Shown in pieces: positions 40,520 through 52,055 of a stretch of 64,000 bases of DNA. This DNA comes from Octopus vulgaris. Lineage: Eukaryota. Every line of letters begins with the position of its first letter. Position 1 is the first letter of the stretch. Where the stretch lies: assembly GCA_951406725.2 (NCBI GenBank), contig OX597829.1:53010001-53074000 (forward strand). Reading direction: 5' to 3'. The notes below the pieces were generated by a model, which searched no databases, was not told the DNA's origin, and saw nothing but the letters and a program-made list of their open reading frames with translations. A program made the translations under genes and the position numbers.

Positions 40520-41926
40520 TATATATCATATTATATATTTTTTGTGTATATTCATCGAAAGTTCGTAAACATATGAACGTATGTGTATGGTATGTCTGTG
40601 TGTGTGTTATGTATATAGTCTTAAAATAGATATAACCACATGTGAATCTTTTTTCGGTTATTCACTTTATTAAACTTTCTTTGTGCGCAGATTTATCGAT
40701 TAAACGAGAGAGAGATCTGAAAGTTCTAGTTTGTATTATTTTCGTTTGTCATTATACTCTCTCTCTCTCTCTTTCCCCCACCCCTCGGGCACCCGTCGGT
40801 GACCGACTAAAATACGCAACTTTTTTCATACTAGTTTTCAGACAGCCAATCTACTGTTGTACTAAGCTAGACTTCTATTTTCTCCCCGTGATAATTATAT
40901 ATTGCAGTCGTTTAGGTCGTCTCTCTCTTTTTTTTTTAAGTGCTGGCTGGAATGAGAACAAAACTTCTTTGTTTCTTTCTTTATTTGTCTTCATTAGCCT
41001 TCCTCGCACTTGCCAATGATGGTAGGCTTTCTTTCTAGTTAAGCCTGTCATTGTTATTAATTCAATGAGAAACAGTAGAACAGTGCGTCGGAATAAAAAA
41101 GAGTTTATTTGTTTAATGCATTCTCTGCATTCTCCATAAATGTCCTTTCCCATGTTAGAAACATTAGATGTTTATTTTCTTGTCGTTATAACATATCATC
41201 CAAGAACAAATAAAGAGTTAATTTTGGCTTCTATTTTTGCTCGTTTTATACATAGCCATCTCTACACTGCTTCTAAATTTGTGTAGTAGCAGACCAGATT
41301 CGGAATACATGATTCAAATTAAAACCGGTATTAAAGGAAGCTGAAGCCTTTTACCTATTTTAATTCCTGTTATATATTCTGACACAGGTCTCTCTCCCAC
41401 CTGATAAAATTAACTTCTTAGGCTAATACAACAATCAGGTTCTTCTTAATTGGTAGCCATTTTGATGTTACTTTGTTCTTGTTCTTTGTTCGGTGTTTAT
41501 TCGACGTAACCTCGTATGTGTGGAGGGGTATATATATATGTGTGTGTGTGTATATAGACACACATGCACGTGTGTGTGTGTCTAGATACATATACACACG
41601 TGTGTATATAAATATGTATAATTACATATATACATCTATACGCACACTCGTATATAAAGAATATGAACTCTATATGTGCGTATATATAGGCAGATAGATA
41701 GATTGGTGTTTCTTTAGTGGCACTCACTTCTTCATAATTATCATGTATATCTACAATACAATGTATGCTTTGTTAGAGAGCTAAGCATCTAATGGTTACG
41801 TTTTTCTCATAATTTTGATATTTAGTTTTAAATATCACCAATTCTTGAGTACAAAACACCGCTTATTAAACTCCAATTATTGTGCTTTATATTCAATCCC
41901 CTTATATATATGTATGGTATATATAT

Positions 41927-41977
<51 letters not shown>

Positions 41978-42064
41978 GTATATAAATGTATAGTTTCTTT
42001 CGAAAACATTTTATATTAATATTTGAAATGGTTATTTCATTTATATTTTTTTAATATGCACATA

Positions 42065-42113
<49 letters not shown>

Positions 42114-42529
42114 TACATAAGATCGTTGTAGCTTGCTTGAAGCATTAGAGTACAAAAGTAGAATAATTGAAATGAGAAACAAGGAATGCACCTAACAATG
42201 CAAAATGTTTAAAAACCTCTCGTTTCATTTATTTTTTCCTACTTACAATAGTGAATAGGGAGAGCTTTTTACCATGCAAAAAGAATTTAGTAACCCTTAT
42301 ATACATATTTCGGTCACAAAGACCTATCATCAGAAGAAGTAAATGGTATTTTAATCAACACGACCAGTAATGTATAAACTAACGTTTCTTCGTTGTTTAC
42401 TTCCCACGAAGGACCTTTGTGTTTTTGATATACAAAAGATTATTTAATTTGTTCCTTTTCGCATCGTCAAAAGCTCTGACTTTTACTATTTTGCTTCTTT
42501 GTCACAAATGCTGCAGACAAGCGACAACG

Positions 42530-43544
42530 CTTGGCTGTGTGGTAAAGAAGTCCGCTTCCCAACAGCATGGTTCCAGGCTCATCCTTACTGCATGGCACCT
42601 TGGCCTTGTTTCTTCTAAAGTCTTAGGCCAGCCAAAACCTTGTGAGTGGTTTTGGTGGTTGTAGAAACTCAAAGAAGCCTCTGTATGTGTGTGTGTGGCT
42701 GTATGGTAAAGAAGCTTGTTTCCCAACCGCATGGTTCCAGGTTCAGTCCCACTGCATGGCACCTTGAGAGCAAGTGTCTTCAACTATAGCCTGGGACCGA
42801 TCAATGCCCCGCGTGCGAATTTAGTAGATGGGAGCTAAAAGAAGCTCGTCAAGTGTGTGTGTGTGTGTGTGTCAAAAATGGGGAAGTCCGGTTTATGAGG
42901 TTACCTTCAGTTTCCAGTCCATAAAGGGTTTAGCTTTACGGACGGGAAACCTAAGGTAATCCCAAAAACCGGACTTCCCCATTTTTAATATATACTGTGT
43001 GCTTCTTCTTTCGGATTTGTTTTCTACAAACGGTGTGTGTGTGTGCTTGTCCCCCCCACTACCTCTTGACAACTGGTGTTGGTGTGTTTATGTCCCCATA
43101 ACTTAGTGGTTCAGCTAAAAGATTGATAGACTAAGTACCAGGCTTAGATAGACTAAGTGCCAGGCTTAGATAGACTAAGTACTGGGGTCGACTCGTTTGG
43201 CTAAACTTCTTCAAGGCAGTGCCCCAGTATGGCCACGGCCTAATGACTGGAACAAGTGAGGAAAAAAGTGCATATTTGTATCTTTTTGTTTGTGTTTGTC
43301 CCCCACCACTGCTTGATGTGCTCAGTACCCTGTAACTTAGCAGTTCAGCAAAAGTGACCACACAACGTGGCTGTGTGGTAAGTAGCTTGCTTACCAACCA
43401 CATGGTTCCGGGTTCAGTCCCACTGCGTGACACCTTGGGCAAGTGTCTTCTAATATAGCCTCAGGCTGACCAAAGCTTTGTGAGTGGATTTGGTAGACAG
43501 AAACTGAAAGAAGCCCATCGTATATATACATGTGTGTGTATGTG

Positions 43545-43575
<31 letters not shown>

Positions 43576-43890
43576 TTGTGTGTCTGTGTTTGTCCTCCAC
43601 CACCACTGCCATAGCTTGACAACCAATGTTGATGTGTTTACTCCTCGTAACTTAGCAGCTCAGCAAAAAAGACCGCTAGAATAAATACTAGGCTTGTGAA
43701 GAATAAGTCCTCGGGTCGATTTGTTCAACCAAAGGTGTGCAGTCACATGACTGAAACAAATAAAAGAATTGGTACAGGCTTCAGGAAATATGTACTGGGA
43801 TTGATTTGTTCTGCTAACCCTTCAAGGAGCAGTGGCCCTGGCATAACCACAGCCCAATGAATGAAACAAGCAAAAGATGAAAAGACATAT
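42530..43890 (+). mobile_element. Nested cluster of CORE-like SINE copies and fragments in intron 2
   Basis: Heads at ~42532, ~42697 and ~43368, with several tails. Confidence 0.75.
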
Positions 43891-44278
43891 ATATGTACAT
43901 ACATGCATACATACATATCATTGAAATGCTTTTTAAAATTTTGTGACCATATATGGTTAATAAGTAAAAAGAAAATATTTTCGAAATAATATCATCAAAT
44001 TCTCAGGCAAGAAAGTTTATCTAAATTTCAGTAGAATTTGATACACTTTTGAGTAAATTTTTCCTTGAGTATTTTGATTTATTTGTCCCAGTTGATTCAA
44101 CTGTGATTCACAGCTTGAGCATGCTTTCAACAGGCTACACTTAATGTGTCACGGTCAAACATAATTTTATTTTTTTTAATAAATTTGAGTTCACAATCTG
44201 TATTGAATCCTTTCATCAATCAGTAAAGTTGTTATTTATGAACAAGCCCTAGCAATACAAATACATATATATTATATA

Positions 44279-44317
<39 letters not shown>

Positions 44318-44511
44318 TGTGTATACATTTGTGCTCTTCTAACAGCACAAGGAGTATTTTACTTCTATTTCTAGCAATGTAGATGTCTCAGAACTCTTGG
44401 TCACATTTAGTGATGATTGAATTTTTCCTTTATGGTATTATGCTGTACCTAGCTATTTATATTAATTTTTGTGTGTGTATATATATATATACACACACAC
44501 ATATACACATG

Positions 44512-44844
44512 AGAAGACTCCCTTCGGTCATGAATGACCATGGGATTGCACCTAGAAAGTTACCCTCCGAGGCACAAGTCCGGGCAAGGTTGCTTTGTGG
44601 AAGGCCAGCAGTCACCCATGCATACCGGCCTCTCCTCTTCACCTGACTGATGTTATCCAAGGGAAAGGCAAAGACCGATACAGCTTGGCACCAGTGATGT
44701 CACAACTCATTTCTACAGCTGAATGACCTGGATCAATGAGAAATAAAGTGTCTTGCTCAAGAACACAACACAGCCCGGTCCAGGAATCAAACTCACAATT
44801 TCACGATCGTAAGCTCAATGTTCTAACCACTGAGCCATGCACCT
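44512..44844 (-). mobile_element. tRNA-derived SINE, third family
   Basis: Minus strand TGGCTCAGTGG (A box) ... GAGTTTGATTCC (B box) ... GTGTTCTTGAGCAAGACACTT. Confidence 0.65.
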
Positions 44845-45644
44845 ATATATATATAGGTGCAGGAGTAGCTGTGTGGTATGTAGCTTGCTTACCAACCATA
44901 TGGTTCCGGGTTCAGTCCCACTGCATGGCACCTTGAGCAAGTGTCTTCTACTATAGCCTCAGGCCAACCAAAGCCTTGTGAGTGGATTTGGTAAATGGAA
45001 ACTGAAAGAAGCTTGTCGTTTTTATATATATATATATATATATATATGTATGCTGTTGTACCTAACCATTTCTCATGTCCTAAGTGTTGTATGTGTTGAT
45101 GCCTAGACTCTAGTGCTTCCCACAACTAAACTATGTATCTTGTGTGTGTGTGTGTGTAACCTATGTGGTCAGGATTCAGTTTCCACTGTATCCTGAGTTG
45201 ATGTCTTAGCTCCGGGACAATCAAAGCTTTGTGAGTGAATTTCTTAGATTGGAAACAAAGAAACCTGTCACAAGTGTTTGTGTGTACCATTGTCTTGGTG
45301 TCACATGATGATTGTAAATGAGCATCACTGTCATACATGTGGTGTTGTTCATTTCTAGTCTTCCATTGTAAGCATGTCTGGCCGTGGAGAAATATTACCT
45401 TGCTTGAAAACAAGTGATGGGTTGGTGATAAAAAGGGCCTCTGGCTGTAGTAAATCTGCCTTTAACAAATTCCATCTTACCCTAGCAAGCATGGAAAAAT
45501 AGATGTTAAATGAAGGTGTCTGTGTGTTTGTGCATGTCAAGTGTAATAAATGAAAATAGTTTTCTAATATTATTATTACAAATGTTTTCAAAAGAAAAAG
45601 ACAATTTTTTAAAACATGTAAACTGGAATAGGACAAAACGTTAA

Positions 45645-46094
45645 CCCTTTCGTTACCAACCCGGCTGAAACCGGCTCTGGCTCTGGCTCTGAGTACAAAT
45701 GCCTTGTTTTCATAAGTTCTGAATTAAAATCTTCCACCAAAGCTTAGTCACAATTTATGTTCCTAACACTAGCTGAATGGTAACTAAGTTATTTTAATAA
45801 ATTCTTTGTTATATTTAAAGTTAGTTAGTTAGTTAGTTAATTTGGCTCAAAAGCAAATAGCAAGGCCATGTAGGGGGACATGGAGTTAAGTACAGGGTGG
45901 TGTTCATGTAAAGAGTTCAGGCCACTTGAGGTCCAGGGAGGCTTTGAACAAAGCGGTCGTCGGCATCTTTACCATCTCGTCTGGCAGCTTGTTCCACGGA
46001 TCCGCAACCCGGACGGAGAAAGCTCCTCTCCTTCGATTGAGATGAAATCGTCGCAGACACAGAACATCTCAATAGAAATATGGTGACAAAAGGG
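45645..46094. mobile_element. piggyBac-like MITE (TTAA TSD) interrupted by a CR1 fragment
   Basis: TTAA|CCCTTTCGTTACC ... GGTGACAAAAGGG|TTAA. Same family as 57306-57761. Confidence 0.75.
45820..46054 (-). mobile_element. CR1-clade LINE 3' fragment
   Basis: Minus strand LRRFHLNRRRGAFSVRVADPWNKLPDEMV...LFKASLD, followed by a (TAAC)n tail. Confidence 0.75.
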
Positions 46095-46989
46095 TTAAAC
46101 ATTATTTCCATAATATATTGATTTTGATGAATCAGTTTTATAGTATCTTCTTCTTGATGGACTTTCCTAAAAATTAGTTGGGAAAAGCTACTTTGAAATT
46201 ATTCAAAGCTTCATATTCTGTGTCAGGTGTATGACATCTATACAGCTATCTTTTAAAAGTAAATTTTTTCTGATTTGCCAACAAAAACCATTATCTTTGT
46301 GCACAGAAAATATAAGTTGGCCAAAACCATTCCATTATTAATTATCTTACTCTGTTAAAAATGGTAATGAAAAGCAGAATCATCCCTGGGAAACTTTGAA
46401 CCCACGTCAAAGAAAACAAATGAGTAGATTGTGAATGATATCCACCACTCAACACTAGAACCACCACATTAAGAAGATAGAGATCTGTGTTAATAGGTTT
46501 ATAGTAATGATTTGGGGGCTTCCTTGTTTTTGTTTTTTAATATGTGTGGTTGTTAACCTTTTTCTTCACCATATTTATGTCGAAATACACTGCCTTCATT
46601 CTCATTAATTTTGAAAATAACGAAGAATTTAGTAAAATAACTTTGTTGCTGGTGTTAGGAACATAAATTAACAGGAAATTCGTTTTGTTGATTACGTCCT
46701 TTCGAAAGCAGGAGGTTTATATCATAGAACAAGGGTCAGTCTCAGACTGGTTGATATCAAAACGGTTGAAGGGACGTTGCAGTGGATCCACGGTAGAACG
46801 TAATCAACAAAACGAATTAGTTAAACTCAGGGACCTCACCACTTGCAAGCAAGTTGTACCTCCTCAGGGGTACCAGCATGACTGTAGTTCAGTCCCACTG
46901 CCTGACATCTTGGGGCAGATGTCTTCTACCACAGCCTCAGGTTGACTAATTCTTATGAGTGAAATATACTTAACAGTGAAATATACTTA

Positions 46990-47390
46990 GGTGCAGGAGT
47001 GGCTGTGTGGTAAGTAGCTTGCTAACCAACCAAATGGTTCCGGGTTCAGTCCAACTGCGTGGCACCTTGGGCAAGTGTCTTCTGCTATAGCCTCGGGCCG
47101 ACCAATGCATTGTGAGTGGATTTGGTAGACGGAAACTGAAAGAAGCCTGTCGTATATATGTATATATATATGTATGTGTGTGTATATGTTTGTGTGTCTG
47201 TGTTTGTCCCTGCAACATTGCTTGACAACCGATGCTGGTGTGTTTATGTCCCCGTAATTTAGTGGTTTGGCAAAAGAGATCGATAGAATAAGTACTAGGC
47301 TTACAAAGAAATAAGTTCTGGGGTCAATTTCCTCGACTAAAGGTGGTGCTCCAGCATGGCCGCAGTCAAATGACTGAAACAAGTAAAAGA
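46990..47390 (+). mobile_element. Full-length CORE-like SINE in intron 2
   Basis: Near-identical to the other copies. Confidence 0.85.
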
Positions 47391-48814
47391 ACAGAAATTA
47401 TTGAGGAGAAACATGTCTTATGTTTAACCCTTAACCCTTTAGCATTTTTCTGTCAAATGCGATGCTTATTTATTCACATTGTTTTGAATTAATCATGCTT
47501 TATCTCGTAGCTAGGAGATTTTGATGAAGTAACTTAATTTTTAGAGTGATGTTGTAAAGATGTTGTATGAGAGGCCAAATCTGGCCAGGCTGAACACTTT
47601 GGCCAGGTATAGTCGGTTTAAATGTCAATAACTTTTACTGTCTGTAGTTTTAATACTAAATCTACAAAAAAGAAAATAGTTTCATTAACTCCTTGAAAGT
47701 TAGGTTTTAACCTTCTGTACTAGAATGGGTTATAAGAAATGTTACATTGGCCCCTGAGAGTAATGAAGGGCAATGGTAAACTTAGTAGGATTTGAAGTTG
47801 AAACTTAAGGAGCTTCAGTGTTTTTGAGTGATAGTCTAACAATTCTACTAATCCACTACCAGGAAGGTTATTTTAAAAATGGACATATGATGTGAACCAT
47901 TAGTCACTTGGCCAGTAGCCTTCTGGTGACTTAGTCAACTTTTACTCTCCATCACTCTTTTAATATTAGCATCAATGAGTCATCATCATTATCATCATTA
48001 CTTAAAGTCTGTTTTCTATGCTGGCATTGGTTGGATAGTTTGACAGGAATTGGTAAGCTGGAGAACTGCACCAAGCTCCAATTGTCTGTTTTGGCATGGT
48101 TTCTACTGTTGGATACCCTTTCTAATGTCAACCACTTTACAGACTGTACCGGGGTGCTTCTTACATGGCACCAGAATGAGTGCTTATTTCTATGTGGCAC
48201 CAGTGTGATTGCTTTACATATGGCTCTTGCACCGGTGCTTTGAACTAGTAACTCTCCTTTTTTACCAAACATCTCTGCAACATTTAAGCACAAGAATCTT
48301 TTTATGTAAAGATTTGTTCCTTCCCTGCAAAACAAGAACAAGTCATAACATGAATGGCCATTGTGAAAATGTCTATGACTACAAAGTATTCTTACTTGAA
48401 TCAAATAGCAAGCTGCAGCATGAGTAGGTTTCATGAAAATACAGAGTAGACAAATCATCAGAAACCTGGTTTCACTTATGCTTGCTACTACAGCTGTTTC
48501 GTATAAGAATGATATCTAATCGTAAAATTCTATGCTAAACCTCGAGTGAACCACTATTGCTAGAAACTTAAGAATATGCTGTAGTAAACGGAGTTACAAA
48601 TATGGTTTTTGTTTTTTAATTAATGAATGCAGAACAGTTCTGAAAGCAAAAACTGAACTAGTACCTCAATGGTAAAACATAAATAGTACAATTGGTTGTG
48701 GTTGTGATCATATTGGTGGGTGGATGTTTGTATGTATGTGTGTGTGTGTGTGTTAGAGAGAGATGGAAATCTGCTGCCATTTGAAAACTATTTTGATTTG
48801 AAGTTATGGAAATA

Positions 48815-49681
48815 TTGGGTCATCCCGTAAATAATGCGGTTTTTTCAATTGCATGAACTAAAAGTTGGAGGGGGATGGGACAAACTACCTGCATCAGCTT
48901 GCTATAAAAGCAGGTAGTAATTTTACCTCTGACTTATTCTTAGTGCAAGTTTTGAAGAGTGCAGTTTGATTTTAACAGTTATTTTTTCAAAGTTATAATG
49001 GAAGTGACAAAGGAGCGTATTTTGTTTAATGAGTTTAATAAAGGTAACAAAGCAACAGAAAGTATGAGGAATATTAACACAGCATATGGGGATCGGACAA
49101 TAAGTGTAAGCTAGTGTCAATGGTGGTTCCCAAAATTCTGAGCTGGAAACTACAGCCCAGAAGACGAGCTTTGTCCTGGAAGATCTGTAGAGCTCGACAA
49201 GAAGATCCTGCAGATAGAACAAAATCCCATTGTAACTGTTGAGGAACTAGCAAAGAAGCTTGAATTTGGTCATTTAGCCAGTCATTCAAGTCAGTGTTAG
49301 AAGAAAAACAACCATCTTTGGTTTCAAGATGAAAGGTGTTCTTCCATCAGGATAATGCTCAGCCACATACAGTGAAGATGACATTCTAAAAGGCTGGAGC
49401 AGTTTGAATGGGAACCATCATTTATTCCACAGTTTTCAAAATCATTTAGATGGAGAAAATACAAACTCTGTAGACAAAGTCAGAATTGTACTGGAGGAGT
49501 ATTTTTCATCCTAGACAAGTGAATTTTGGAAGAGAGGCCTTGCAAGTCTACCAGACAGATGGAAGAACATTGCAGAAAATGAAGGAGAGTATATTTTAGA
49601 TTAAAAAAAGAACTTTGTTTATCTTAAATTTGATAAATAAAAGAAGTATTAAAAAATCGCACTATTTACAGGATTACCGAA
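48815..49681 (+). mobile_element. Internally deleted mariner element (Hsmar/Mos1-like)
   Basis: TA-flanked degenerate TIRs TTGGGTCATCCCGTAAATAATGCG. Fragments AYGDRTISV...WFPKF, FHQDNAQPH and GLASLPDRWKNIAENEGEYILD*. Confidence 0.85.
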
Positions 49682-49816
49682 TATATAAATGTTGGCATTA
49701 ATCTGTATAATCAACATTATTGTATTTAGCTAAGTTTTTATTCTTAATATAAAGATGTTAGCAAAAGACATTGTTACATATTCATTTTGTATTTTTTTTT
49801 TTTTTTCTCTCCAAAG

Positions 49817-49957
49817 GATGACCTTGGGCAATCCTACTTTAACAGTAGATTATGTCCAGAAGAAGAAGAACGTCGACGAATTCGTAGAGAAAGGAACAAG
49901 ATAGCTGCAGCAAAATGTCGTCAACGAAGAGTTGACCACACCAATCGCCTTATTCAG
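49817..49957 (+). CDS. Fos: Fos coding exon 3 (basic DNA-binding region, 47 codons)
   Basis: Long polypyrimidine tract then aaag|GAT. Encodes [36 protein letters not shown], a Fos-type basic region. Donor CAG|GTACAT. Confidence 0.95.
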
Positions 49958-50966
49958 GTACATTTATACTTCAGTTCCTTTTCAGAATGATAGCTAAGTA
50001 GTATTTCTGTCTATCTGTATATTGCAGTCGAAACAGTTGGGAACATAAGGTAATAAGAACACTTGTCTTCAATATCTTTGACTTGAAACTCACTGGAGGA
50101 GTTTCCAGTGTTTCTGCAGAGAATAATTACTTCAACAGAACTATTTTTAATACCAGTTCATCAAGCTGGCATTAAGGATAGTTTCTGACTCACCTGGGAA
50201 GGATAATGTCAATGAGTCAGTGTCCCATTCTTGAAAGATGTCTAACATTCTGAAGCTGGAACTAAGCACTGACTCCCAAATGGATCACTCTGCTCTTAAC
50301 AGACAATATTTATTTATTCTATGGCAGCAAGCTAACAGAGTTGTTGGCACACGGGCCTAAATGCTTTGCAGCGTTTCCTCTATCTTTACATTCTGGATTC
50401 AAATTCTGCTGAGGTCAACTTTGCCTTTCATCCTTTCGAGAGCAATAGAATCAGTACCAGTTGAGTACTGGGGTTGATGTAATCAACTCAGCCCCTGGCC
50501 TTGTGCCTAAATTTGACATCAATATTTATTTTTATTACATGCCTGTCTAACTAGCTTGATTTAGTTGAATATATTCTCTAAAAGAAATGCAGTATTTATA
50601 AATATTTGTATTTCATTTATATAACTTTTGTAATAACAAGATAAAGAAACAAAATTACTAATGGGAGAAAAATGTACAAGTTACTCTATTCTTCCTTCCA
50701 CCAAATTCAATTTTTCTACCTTTTAAGACTATTAAATAACCATCTCTTACCAACTTGCAGCGCCACAGTTCTTACACATGCACTCTTATAATATGCCTTT
50801 CTCATAAAGGGGAAAGCCTTTGTTGCCACAACAGGTGACATCTCCCAAACTTCTTCCTCCTTTTTCCTATTTAAGTTGCAATTTATGTGCACTGTCTACA
50901 AACTGTACAAATATATTTATAAAGCTTCTAACTCAGTTTTCAGATTATGACTGAAAATTATTAATA

Positions 50967-51225
50967 TCATCATCATCATCGTTTAACGTCTGTTTTCCGT
51001 GCTAGTACGGGTTGGACGGTTCGACCGGGATCTGGGAAGCCAGGGGCTGCACCAGACTCCAGTCAGATCTGGCAGAGTTTCTACAGCTGGATGCCCTTCC
51101 TAATGCCAACCACTCCGTGAGTGTAGTGGGTGTTTTTTACGTGCCACCTGCACAGGTGCCAGGGGGGTCCGGCATCGGCCACGATCGGTTGATGCTTTTA
51201 ACGTGCCACTGGCACGGAAGCCAAA
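50967..51225 (-). mobile_element. RTE LINE 3' UTR fragment in intron 3
   Basis: Matches 59121-59370. A similar fragment lies at ~47980-48220. Confidence 0.75.
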
Positions 51226-51545
51226 AGGCAAATATTTGATTTCTTTGTCCAAAGGCAGTGGTTCTGACTACACAAAACTCATGAGTCAAGAACCTAGCAT
51301 CTTATTATTCCCAACTGTACAAAACAAGTTAAGACTGTCTGTGAATAGATGTGAAATTCAATATTGGATAAATATGAACTAATGGTGTGAATAATATAAA
51401 AGGCATAAGTTTGCATCCTGTTCTTCTTGTTATTGTGTATATCTTCCAGAATGGTCATGTATTATATTCCAAACTAATAAACTAAGGGATTAACTTTAGT
51501 TTTATTCTAACTTATTAAATTTTGATTACTTTTCTATTGTTATAG

Positions 51546-52055
51546 GAAACTGTAAAGCTCGAAGAGGAACGCAGCCATCTTGAAGATGAAATTCAAACTT
51601 TAAAACAGCAGAAAGATCGTCTGGAATTTATTCTCCAAGCCCATCGGCCTGACTGCAAAGCTGATGGAAAAATAAACCAGTCTTCTAACCTGCATACCAT
51701 CAAGATCAAGACAGAGATTGATTCTCATCAAAATTCCTGTTCTCATAAAAATGATGCTCGATTACGCATGACGGAGCCAAATCAGACACTTCCATTGACT
51801 GTTGTTAAACAAGAAAAGGGTGTCCATCTGGGAAATAATGGACAAGGAGGTTCTGGTGCTAACCCAGATGGAAGTATCAACATCAGCAATGTGCATGGCA
51901 ATGCATATTACGGTTTCACAGATTTGGATAATATTGTTGATGCAAATCAAGCTCTACCTCCTGTAAGTGGGCAGTCATGTGCTAGTCAAGTTCACAAGAA
52001 TTCGGCCGAAAGTAGTTCAGATCAAGTTGGTTCTCCAACACTCATATCACTGTAA
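51546..52055 (+). CDS. Fos: Fos coding exon 4 (leucine zipper and C-terminus, ends TAA)
   Basis: Acceptor ttatag|GAA. ETVKLEEERSHLEDEIQTLKQQKDRLEFILQAHRPDC completes a 5-Leu heptad zipper plus His. C-terminus SSSDQVGSPTLISL* resembles c-Fos [13 protein letters not shown]. Confidence 0.95.
   Translation, partial: ETVKLEEERSHLEDEIQTLKQQKDRLEFILQAHRPDCKADGKINQSSNLHTIKIKTEIDSHQNSCSHKNDARLRMTEPNQTLPLTVVKQEKGVHLGNNGQGGSGANPDGSINISNVHGNAYYGFTDLDNIVDANQALPPVSGQSCASQVHKNSAESSSDQVGSPTLISL

Noticed and set aside
48923-49600. SETMAR-like host gene
   Set aside because: No SET domain; the transposase has stops and an internal deletion and is bounded by TIRs.
49845-49849. Alternative exon 3 acceptors (AACAG, TAG) nearer LCPEEE
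   Set aside because: Both are out of phase with the phase-0 exon 2 donor; the 49816 acceptor has the strong pyrimidine tract.
49817-52055. ATF3/JDP2 identity for the bZIP gene
   Set aside because: The TTPTLTPTT motif, LEFILQAH zipper end, long C-terminus and SPTLISL tail fit Fos better.
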